A DNA stretch of 64,000 nt. Source: Balanoglossus misakiensis. Lineage: Eukaryota; Animalia; Hemichordata. The stretch spans positions 6,164,137 to 6,228,136 of the forward strand of contig CM082595.2 of the NCBI GenBank assembly GCA_040954595.2, read 5' to 3'. Both the position numbers and the translations under genes were made by a program. This document shows, one piece after another, positions 23,901-35,500 of this stretch. Each line of letters begins with the position of its first letter. Position 1 is the stretch's first letter. Under the pieces are notes generated by a model. The model saw nothing but the letters and a program-made list of their open reading frames with translations. It made no database searches and was not told the origin of the DNA.

Positions 23901-24197
23901 TACGGAAGAGAGACGCGACAGTTTGAAAAAAACGCGAGGGCACTCTCAACTTCGTCACTCATCAGAATTCAAACCAATTGCATTATACGTCAGTGTATTG
24001 CTTTCGACCGATGTGTTCTATGGTTTTGCTTGATTCGTACCTGCACACACGGCGTAGCTGTTTTTCGCATTATACGTAAAATTTTCTTCGGGCGTCTGGA
24101 AGATGTTCACCCAATCCTCGTAGCGGTTTCTCTTCCAGAAAATCGCCTCTTCATCGGAATCCGTTGCTGGACTCTCGTCTGATAGGGTACCTCCCAT
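20930..24197 (-). CDS. Metacaspase-like protease copy C (older, diverged paralog), 496 aa, 7 exons
   Basis: Exons 24197-24041, 23789-23683, 23416-22911, 22287-22170, 21922-21680, 21471-21346 and 21163-20930 join in frame (1491 nt) with the same intron phases as A and B. Motifs: MGGTLS, AADNDAS, LFHFSGHC, ILDCCHAG. Confidence 0.88.
22586..22905. repeat. About 107-bp tandem repeat, 3 copies, in intron 3 of protease copy C
   Basis: The unit ccca(a)ttgggt...ttccctgtcattataca...gcctatcagtgatgtcgtctgtcagtgtagttgtcgg occurs three times. Confidence 0.9.
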
Positions 24198-26541
24198 CTT
24201 TAGCTAGAAGAAAGAAAAAGAAAGATTTAATTTTCGCTCGTCTTGTTGAATGCATAATAGGGGCAGATCACCTTCGATAGTCTCTGTCATTCAATTGAAA
24301 ATCTAAATTATAGACCTCGCTCTCCGACGGTATTTTTAAAAAAAAAATTTATATTGTTGCTTCTGTTGTTGTTGTAGCCCGGAGACCAGGGCGTCGATTC
24401 TGAGGATTATGATGATCTTGCTGTTGATGTTGTTATTGTTGTTGTTGTCGGTATAACTAGAGACCAATAGACAGACCTATGACGATTTACTACATCATAC
24501 ATGTATATTTTTATTGCAAATGGATACATGTGAAAAAGGTCACCACTATATTAATTATATGCATAACTATATTAATTATATGCAGACGTGTTTTACAAAG
24601 GGAAATTACGTCACGTCCCGAAGTCACAATTGCTGCGGGAAACGATGCGCATCCCTCCAGTTAGAAATGGTTGCGCCCAGCATCGCATCTCAAGGTCATC
24701 TGGCCGGGGTATTAAGGTCGTACTGGTGGAATGACTCAATAAAAACATCATGAAATGCAAATTCGGTTTCCTCGCCCAAGAATCGAGAATAATTTGAGCG
24801 AAACTTACCGCGGTATCGTCGGACATGATTGTCAGACACTTATTAAAGCAGAAGCTCTATGATATCACCCTGGTTTTGTCCCACACAGATTTTAACAGCT
24901 GTGTTGAAAATAAATCCTGCCGTAAACACAGTTTACCACTAACAGTGTCCCAAAAGGTTTGGTCGACTACTGTTATATAAGCTTTACCGTCGTTTGTCAC
25001 TTGTTAGCGACCACCTGCTCTAGATCATCATGTGCTAAGCCTATTTCACTAGCTATTGCGCAGAGCTTAGATCATGGCTGACTTTGGTGAGTTTCACTGG
25101 TGGAGTGCAAAGGTGGTGTTTGTGCAGCGTCGTTCCAATATAACAAATCATCACAAATGACACATTTATCATGATCTGTACAGTTGTAAACCACTGTTGT
25201 AAACACGAGTAAAAGCGATGAGTGTATGATCAAAAACAATGGATACGTGTGGTGTGGTGTGGTCGGGTTTGTCGTGCCATTATCCGGAACTTAAAGGTTT
25301 CATACGAACACAAGGGTTCTCCTTAGAAAGCAAAAGTTCCGGGTGGGCTATGTCGTCGCGATTGTGTGCAAACTCACCTGCCGAGTGTGTTCCTCGTCTA
25401 TAAGTTACACCATTTCATGGAAAATCGGTTTAATGAAGATCAGCGTGATTATTATGACTCAATGTTACACAAATTCACACCCTTTGACCCAGTGTGTCAT
25501 CAAACACCAGTATGGACTGGTCGCCATCTCTGAACTGGAAATGTCAACAAATAATGATCGACCGTGAACAGCTGGTCATTGACCTATACCACGAGAGGGC
25601 GCCATTGCATGTCGTTCGGAATGACTGACAGCGCGCGAAACAGGGACAGATGATCCAGGTACCCTCTTTTGGGGGTGCCCGGATGTACTTCCGATAGTAC
25701 ATTGTATCAATAATGCAATCTTACATAAGGATATGATCACTCATTAAATTTAAAGTTTGCGTCTGCGCCAATTCCTTGCTTTCTCATGACTTTCATCGAA
25801 CTCAGCGTCAAGCAACTTTTAGCAGGTACAAGCTCTGATATTTTGGGCCGTCAAACTTGAAGTTTCGGAGTTACTTGGCAAATGTAGAAAGACATATTAT
25901 TAAGGTGCGTAGACAAAAATCTTTCCTAAGGTTATTTAATTCCATGTTTTCGCTTTCTCTTTGCGCCTCCTTCCCAAATTGCATCGCGCATCCTACCACA
26001 CCGAATTCTCCGTTGAGATCCTAGTACAACGTTGTGTTAATTAAAAAAAAATCCTTTGAGGCCAATTAACGAAGAAACAACTGATCGCTTTGAAAATACA
26101 AGTTCAACGAAAACACGTAGCTATTTCAGAATTTACCTATGTTGTAGTTGTAGTAGTAGTATCTGGGTGATGAATTCATTGCGCGTCACGGTCGTTAAGC
26201 AGAAATCGATCTGTTCCGCATACACTGTCGACGCATTCTCTCACTTACAGTTTTATTGGTACAAAGTGGGGCCAATCTCACCGAATCTATGGTTCCTTTC
26301 CTTATACTGAAATGCTCAAATATTATCTCCAGTGTTTTTCCGTGGATAGTTACTTGAAACATATCACCCTCCTAGATAAAATCATGTCGGATAGTGTGAG
26401 TGTGTAGTGTTTTAAAGACAAAAACGTTTATCTATATTAATTGCGTCGACATAGTTCATTTATTGGAGTCGTATTTGACTGCGGCTTTACTAGCACACAT
26501 CACACAAGTAATAAAACGTTTACAGGTCTCTTGATCAAGGT

Positions 26542-29500
26542 ATGGCTACATGTTTCGAAGTGGATAATGGCGTCGACGCCGTCTATGATATCGATCTCAG
26601 TGATCATCATTTGGAGGAGGTACTAGACGACATTACCAATCTCCCTAATTTGAAGAAGCTGTCTCTCGCCAGAAATTGCATTTCCATGCTGCCGCCATCT
26701 TTGTTTTCGTTGCACCAGCTGACGACACTGACTCTGAGCGAGAACAACATCAGCGAAATCCCGCGCGATATCGGACTTCTGAAACACCTGGAGTATTTGA
26801 ATTTGTCCCACAACCACATCAAGTCAGTGCCGCTGAGTTTATTCACTCTGACCGAATTGACGGAACTCAAGTTGAAAGACAATAATCTGGTCACAATACT
26901 GTCCAACATTAAAAAACTTCAAAAATTGCAACATCTTGACCTCAGCGATAACCGCATACAGCACATCCCGCTGACGTTCTACACACTGGAAGAGCTGACG
27001 TCACTGCGTTGCGAGGGCAACGACCTGGTGAAAATTTCACCCCATGTCAGCAAGCTGAAGAAACTGGCCATTCTAGACTTTTCAAATAATCAAATACGGG
27101 ATATACCGTCAGCCCTTTACACGTTGCCGGCGCTGACAGAATTATACATGGACGACAACAACATATCTATTGTCCACCCGGACATCAGCGAGTTGCGGAA
27201 ACTGGAAAAACTCTCTCTCAGTAATAATAAAATACAAAAGATACCATCCACGCTGTTTTCTCTCGATCACGTTACCACCATCCATCTGGCGCGTAATAAA
27301 ATAACCATTGTTTCGCCAGAGAACTTTACAGCCCAAAAGCTGTGCCTGTTGGATTTAACTGACAACCATATTCACACAGTACAGCACACACTTTTCAAAT
27401 TTCCCGCGCTGACGACACTTTACATCGGCGGGAACAAGCTGGGCGGTCTGTCAGCGTCGATCGGCAGCCTATCGAAGCTTGCCGTTTTCGACGTATCCGG
27501 TAACGAAGTGACGGAGCTGCCGCCATGTTTGTTCAAGCTTCACGATCTGTGCGAGTTGTACGTCAACAACAACGAACTGAGGAGAGTCTCTTCCAAACTC
27601 GGAAATCTGAGGAAGCTTCGGAAGCTGGATTTGGCGCAAACTCGACTGCACGACGTTCCTACTGGGGTCTTCAAACTGATACTTCTCACCCATCTGTCGT
27701 TGCGGGGCAACAGGCTCACCAGGATTCCATCCGACTTGGGTAAACTGAGAAACCTCGATATGTTAGACATATCGAATAATCAACTCTATGAAATACCAGC
27801 CGCTGTTTTCACGCTAGTAGAGTTAAGAAAGCTGTCCCTAAGCGGAAATTGCATTATCCATATCCCTGACTGCATCAGCGCGTTAACCAAGCTACAGAAA
27901 CTGAAACTTGCCGTTAACAGCATCACCAAAATTCCCGCGTCCACGTGCTCGTTAGCCGAATTGACAGTGCTTGATTTGAGCGGGAATCAACTGCACACAG
28001 TACCAGCTGAAATGGGGAATCTTGAGAAGCTGACATCCCTGGACCTTGCGAAGAACAATATACAAATACTTCCAGCCGATTTGTTTCAGGGTGAGTTTTA
28101 AAGTTTTGAATGAATATATGAATTAATGAATGAATGATGTACGTTGATAGTGAAACTGCCACATCTTTCAACTGAAAAGGACCAAGACAAATTAAAATAG
28201 GATGGACTTCGATAACACGTGATCTGTATAACGAATTGACAACATCATGTTCACCAAATTTATCACATTTTAAATATTTTTATAAGGGAAACTCGAGCAA
28301 CTACGTCATCTGAATATCGGCCAAAACAATGTTTCCCGCCTTCCTCAAGAAATTGGCAATCTGACGACTTTGCGGGAACTGTACGCGAACGGCAATCGCC
28401 TAACAGACGAGGCTTTGCTTCACATCAAGCGACTCAAGTATCTCAAGAAGCTCGAAGTCGGCGACAACTCCATCGGGCGCCTGCCACGGATGTTCAGCAT
28501 CGACATGAAATGGCTGCAGTCTCTGGTCCTGGGCGGCAATCCGATGAGGGTGCCGCCGATAGATGTGTGTGACCGAGGTTTGTCCGCCATTAGACAGTAC
28601 CAGGAAGACTACCCTGATGCAGGTGAGGGCGCTCTTGTCGTTGATAACGATTTTCTTTTTTTGGAGTGGATCGTGAACGGGTTTTCACGTTCATTTGCAT
28701 ACCGACCAAGCAGCAGGCCACTGTCATGACCTCCACGTGACTTTTGCATCATGAGATTTTGTTGGTATGAGTTTATCAATTTGATTAGTGCACTGTAACT
28801 CAACCTGGTACAAAACTGTTCCATAACGTACGTTGCGAAAAGGGTGAATGCTGTAATGTAATGATAAATGACGTGATGCCATGTCACTCAGGGGTCATGA
28901 GAGTGGCCTATTGTGAAGTTGCTGGTTGGTGCACCTGGTTTGGATGACCTTTGTCTGCCATGCCGTCTGTCTGTCTGTCTTCATGAAGCCTTTCTTGCAT
29001 AACACATGATGGTACGAGGAGAGAATTGCTCCATACTTGGGAAGCAATAATTCTCCCCGTCTTCTAACGTCTGTTCCAACTCTCTGCTTTCCATTCAGAT
29101 TCTGCTGCCGAGTGCCAAGCATGTATCATCCACGTTCAGCCGGGCCGACAGGTAATTATATAACTGAGACCCCTTTTGCAGTAACTTTTGCAAAATAATG
29201 TTTCAGTTATACGTTCAATTTTGAATCCACAGTGTATTGTATGTTAGATTAAGACCTGCGTGTGTTGTGTTCAGTTTAAGATCACCTCTTAGTGGCAGTA
29301 TGCCACAATAAGGATAGCGTTCTCTTTATATCGAGTTTATCGTTATGACTTCATTATTTTCTTTGCAGACACAGCACTTTTTGCCCGCCAACTTTTGCCT
29401 CACCATACCGTGCAGTGCCGTGAAGACCTCGGTGGATATTCTGGTCAGGCGTGTGGCAGACGATGACGCCATGACACCAAAGCTTCAGGATTTCGAACAC

Positions 29501-32500
29501 TTGGAGTCTGACGTCATCGAGATTTCTCCCGACGGTGTCACTTTTTGTAAACCCATGGTGCTTGAGTTTAAATGTGACATGAAGGGCTCGTCACGGGTGA
29601 TGGTCATAATGGAAAGTAGCGATGGATCTGTGTGGAAGGAAAAACAAACTCGCACGGTAGGTCAATTTATGATGGTTTATTCACATCTTTTTAGCTGTTA
29701 TTACAACAGTGAAGTCATACTCTACGAACTTGCATTCGTTTAAGTTGACCACCCTGTCTTGCTTACGGCATTTCAAGTCTGTGAAACCGGCCTCTGTCAC
29801 CGCCGACCTGACTAGCTCTTCATCGGCGCAGTATGCCGCGAACTTCTTTCCCCCTACGGTGTAAAACTTGCCCGGTTGGCATATCTGTACGAAGGTCCCG
29901 CCAGGCTTCAGGTACTTCGCAATGTTCTTGACGGCTTGCTTCCACTGGTCGTCCGTGAAACACGCCGCCTCCAACGTCAGAGAGGTCAGCAGGCAGTCAA
30001 ACTGCGGGAAGCTGTGTGGTTCTATCGGGTCAGCCTTGTTTAAGTCACAAGGGATGATCTCCTTGATTACACTGCGAAGCCTCTTCTCACGAGATTCAAC
30101 TTCACTGCAGAGTACATGAAAATGGAGGCACTTGTCAAAACCATTTCGGAGTAGCACCAATGCATGCAAAACGCAGCCACTCACGAATGCCTGTGTTAAT
30201 AATAGCCACGTTAGTTGCATGGTAGAGGGATATGCTATTTTTGGCGTGCCTGCATCTCTACGCTCACTAGCTGTGGACATACCATGCAAGACTATCTAGT
30301 CTAGCTCACCAACATTCTGGTTGCCCCCCTGGTTGGGGATCTCAGCATTTGTAATCAACAGGTGGTCTGGAATGGATCTGGAGGCCTGGAAAAATTTCTA
30401 ATGTTGAGGGCATCAGTGAGTTTGTCTGAGCGTCAACTTTATGCCAAAGGTTCTCCTTTTTGACCAAAAATCAAAGGGGAAACCTTTATCATTCTGGGGG
30501 AACGTAGGACATGTACAGGTTTCGGCGACAGCTCATGACTGTGTCAGTGCTGGCTGTCTTGTACGCCAGTTATCGGTGCACGCACAAGTTTCAGTGAGGT
30601 ACACGCATGTAATGGCGTCAACATATTGCAAAACAGTTCAATGTCAACAAACCTATGGTCTATGAACAAACTGTACTGACCTGTGCCCTTCCAATTCACA
30701 CACGTACTGAACGATTGGCTTCCAATCAAACGCTCCCTTGTCATCGTTCAGCCATCGCTTGATAGCGTTCCTGTTGTCCTCCACGTACTCGCAGCAGACG
30801 ACTTCGCTGAAGCGAGTGCAGGCAGAGATGAGGTGGTGAACGCACGGCCCGCTGCCAATGTCAACCAGGCGGTCTCCCGCCACGGCATCTGAAAACAACA
30901 ATTGAATAGGCGTAAGCGAATGTAGCATGATTTGTGTCAGACGGGTTGACCTTGTATTCTCGGGGGTGTGCACCTTTACAAATCCAACCACGGGACCTCA
31001 GGCTGCCGTTGCCACGATTCTTTTCATGCTGGATAATCTCAGACGTTTGCCTGCAAACAGACAACCAGACTGTGCTAGCCTTATTCATTTAAGAAAAACG
31101 TAGTACACGAACTAAAATCTGGCTATAGTGTGGCTTATATTACTCATACTGTTTTATATCGCGGTGGCGAATGTTCCAAAGGACAACACACACACAGTTG
31201 TGGCAAGGTCGAACCGACGTTGCAATGAGAGCACAAGCTTTCAACCAACCCACCTTGCGTGAAGATCTCATGTAAACTCTGCAACCAGAAAGGCAGAAGT
31301 CCCACCTCGTCTGGGTTGCCTTCTGGGCTGGAATAGTACTCTCTGAGGTACGCATTGGCGTCGAATTGATCGTGGTACTCGATCCCACGTAAACCAGGCG
31401 AGACACCGGTGTCCATCGTTAGCCTAGCAAACAAATAGTCTGACGATGGTATATACGGTGTTGTCTGCACTACACTATAAGCGCACCGGGATCAACGGGT
31501 CACTGTATCATTGTATCATTACAATTACTGACCCTTTATTTCTCTTTTATTCAAGCCCCAGCTTGAGGGGCATATGCAGTCACAGCACTTTTTACCCGCC
31601 AACTTTTGCCTCACCATACCGTGCAGCGCCGTGGCAGGCGTGTGGCAGACGATCACGCCACGACACCAAAGCTTCAGGATTTCGAACACTTGGAGTCTGA
31701 CGTCATCGAGATACAAAAACCAGTTTCACATATTCAATGCTGCTCAAGTCGAATACACCCTTTTCATAAATCTAGCGCCCTCACGCAGTGACCAAGAGCT
31801 TGAACTCAAAGTTCGCTGAACACTGCGTCTCACGTGACTAGGCAAAAAGACGCGTCACGAAGATAGACGCAGATAAAGGCCGTCCGCCATTTTGTAATGT
31901 GTTAGTTTTTTGACACTCTGGATGTGGGCTAATGCGCATGTCTGTTGTAAAACTTACGTACATTTGTGTCAGTAGTTGTATTGATTTTAGCTTCACTTCC
32001 ATCATAAACTGTTGGTTTTTTAAAAATATGTATATTCGGGAAGAGTAAAAATGAATGTCAAGAAACGCGACAGATTGAATCTAGCCCGGAAGTTATAGAA
32101 CGTTCATTTATTAGCCAATCAGATTCCACAATTCTAAATATGGCGGTTTGTGTTTACCTGCCTCTTTGGTGTTTGTCACCATGGAGGTACTAGAGTTGTC
32201 ACCGAGGCAGGGTACCAGCCAAATGAAAATGGTGTAATATTATTTTTAGTTTATTGGCAATGAAGATAAGAAAATATTTTACTTTCAAGCGGGCCTAAGA
32301 TAAACTAGAACTGTACTCATTCGTCCGTTTATTCACATCTTTTTAGCAGTTATTAAAACACCGAAGTCATACTCTACGAACTTGCATTTGTTTAAGTTGG
32401 CCTCCTTGTTATGCTTACGACATTTCAAGTCTGTGAAACCGGCCTCTGTCACCGCCGATCTGACAAGCTCTTCATCGGCGCAGTACGTCGCGAACTTCTT

Positions 32501-35500
32501 TCCCCCTACGGTGTAAAACTTGCCCGGTTGGCATATCTGTACGAAGGTCCCGCCAGGTTTCAGGTACTTCGCAATGTTCTTGACGGCTTGCTTCCACTGG
32601 TCGTCCGTGAAGCACGCCGCCTCCAACGTCAGAGAGGTCAGCAGGCAGTCAAACTGCGGGAAGCTGTGTGGTTCTATCGGGTCAGCCTTGTTCAAGTCGC
32701 ACGGGATGACCTCCTTGATTACACTGCGAAGCCTCTTCTCACGAGATTCAACTTCACTGTAGAGTACATGAAAATGGAGGCACTTGTCAAAACCATTTCG
32801 GAGTAGCACCAATGCATGCAAAACGCAGCCACTCACGAATGCCTGTGTTAATAATAGCCACGTTAGTTGCATGGTAGAGGGATATGCTATTTTTGGCGTG
32901 CCTGCATCTCTATGCACACTAGCTGTGGACATGCCGTGCAAGACTATCTAGTCTAGCTCAACCAACATTCTGGTTACCCCCCCCCCCCCGCCCTTGCCCA
33001 GTGAGCAAGTACACATGGGCAGATAAAATGTAAAATATGGTAACAGAAGCACGATATCATATATTGGTCAACCGTGGAGTTAGGCTCCTACCTCCATGGT
33101 TACACCTTATGGTACATGTGGTACATGGGTATCTCAGCATTTGTAATCAACAGGTGGTCTGGAATGGATCTGGAGGCCTGGAAAAATTTCTAATGTTGAG
33201 GGCATCAGTGAGTTTGTCTGAACGTCATGTTTACGCCAAAGGTTCTCCTTTTGACCAAAAATTAAAGGGGAAAACTTCATCATTCTGGGGGAACGTAGGA
33301 CAGGTTTCGGCGACAGCTCATGACTGTGTCAGTGCTGACTGTCGTGTACGCCAGTTATCGGTGCACACACAAGTTTCAGTGAGGTACCATGTATGTAATG
33401 GCGTCAACATATTGCAATACAGTTCAATGTCAACAAACCTACGGTCTATGAACAAACTGTACTGACCTGTGCCCTTCCAATCCACACACGTACTGAACGA
33501 TTGGCTTCCAATCAAACGCTCCCTTGTCACCGTTCAGCCATCGCTTGATAGCGTTCCTGTTGTCCTCCACGTACTCGCAGCAGACGACTTCGCTGAAGCG
33601 AGTGCAGGCAGAGATGAGGTGGTGAACGCACGGACCGCTGCCAATGTCAATCAGGCGGTCTCCAGCCACGCCATCTGAAAACAACAACAATTGAGTAGGC
33701 GTATTAAGCTAATGTAGCATGATTTGTGTCAGACGGGTTGACCTTGTATTCTCGGGCGTGTGCACCTTTACAAATCCAACCACGGGACCTCAGGCTGCCG
33801 TTGCCACGATTCTTTTCATTTTGGATAATCTCCGAGCGCAGACGTTTGCCTGCAAACAGACAACCAGACTGTGCTAGCCTGATTCATTTAAAGAAAAAAC
33901 GTACTACACGAACTAAAATCATATCTGGCTATAGTGTGGCTTATATTACTCATACTGTTTTATATCGCGGTGGCAAATGTTCCAAAGGACAATACACACG
34001 CAGTGGTGGCAAGGTCGAACCGACGTTCCAATGAGAGCACAAGCTTTCAACCAACCCACCTTGCGTGAAGATCTCATGTAAACTCTGCAACCAGAATGGC
34101 AGAAGTCCCACCTCGTCTGGGTTGCCTTCTGGGCTGGAATAGTACTCTCTGAGGTACGCATTGGCGTCGAATTGATCGTGGTACTCGATCCCACGTAAAC
34201 CAGGCGAGACACCGGTGTCCATCGTTAGCGTGGCAAACAAATAGTCTGACGATGGTATATACGGTGTTGTCTGCACTACACTATAAGCGCACCGGGATCA
34301 ACGGGTCACTGTATCATTGTATCATTACAATAACTGACCCTTTATTTCTCTTTTATTCAAGCCCCAGCTTGAGGGGCATATGCAGTCACAGCACTTTTTA
34401 CCCGCCAACTTTTGCCTCACCATACCGTGCAGCGCCGTGGCAGGCGTGTGGCAGACGATCACGCCACGACACCAAAGCTTCAGGATTTCGAACACTTGGA
34501 GTCTGACGTCATCGAGATACAAAAACCAGTTTCACATATTCAATGCTGCTCAAGTCGAATACACCCTTTTCATAAATCTAGCGCCCTCACGCAGTGACCA
34601 AGAGCTTGAACTCAAAGATCGCTGAACACTGCGTCTCACGTGACTAGGCAAAAAGACGCGTCACGAAGATAGACGCAGATAAAGGCCGTCCGCCATTTTG
34701 TAATGTGTTAGTTTTTTGACACGCCGGTAGTGGGCTAATGCGCATGTCTGTTGTAAAACTTACGTACATTTGTGTCAGTAGTTGTATTGATTTTAGCTTC
34801 ACTTCCATCATAAACTGTTGGTTTTTTAAAAATATGTATATTCGGGAAGAGTAAAAATGAATGTCAAGAAACGCGACAGATTGAATCTAGCCCGGAAGTT
34901 ATAGAACGTTCATTTATTAGCCAATCAGATTCCACAATTCTAAATATGGCGGTTTGTGTTTACCTGCCTCTTTGGTGTTTGTCACCATGGAGGTACTAGA
35001 GTTGTCACCGAGGCAGGGTACCAGCCAAATGAAAATGGTGTAATATTATTTTTAGTTTATTGGCAATGAAGATAAGAAAATATTTTACTTTCAAGCGGGC
35101 CTAAGATAAACTAGAACTGTACTCATTCGTCCGTTGTTTATTCACATCTTTTTAGCAGTTATTAAAACACCGAAGTCATACTCTACGAACTTGCATTTGT
35201 TTAAGTTGGCCTCCTTGTTATGCTTACGACATTTCAAGTCTGTGAAACCGGCCTCTGTCACCGCCGATCTGACAAGCTCTTCATCGGCGCAGTATGCCGC
35301 GAACTTCTTTCCCCCTACGGTGTAAAACTTGCCCGGCTGGCATAACTGTACGAAGGTCCCGCCAGGTTTCAGGTACTTCGCAATGTTCTTGACGGCTTGC
35401 TTCCACTGGTCGTCCGTGAAGCACGCCGCCTCCAACGTCAGAGAGGTCAGCAGGCAGTCAAACTGGGGGAAGCTGTGTGGTTCTATCGGGTCGGCCTTGT

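Noticed and set aside
10753-24197. Bacterial contamination as the source of the metacaspase-like genes
   Set aside because: Each gene has six canonical spliceosomal introns with conserved phases and is contiguous with SSR3 and other animal genes.
10753-24197. Calling these true caspases or MALT1
   Set aside because: There is no QACxG motif and no CARD, DED, death or Ig domain is evident.
29681-30289. 202-aa methyltransferase ORFs as complete proteins (also 32333-32941 and 35142-35750)
   Set aside because: Their first ~60 residues are intron read-through. The real exon starts after the acceptor (for example at 30104), and the SAM-binding motif lies in the upstream exon.
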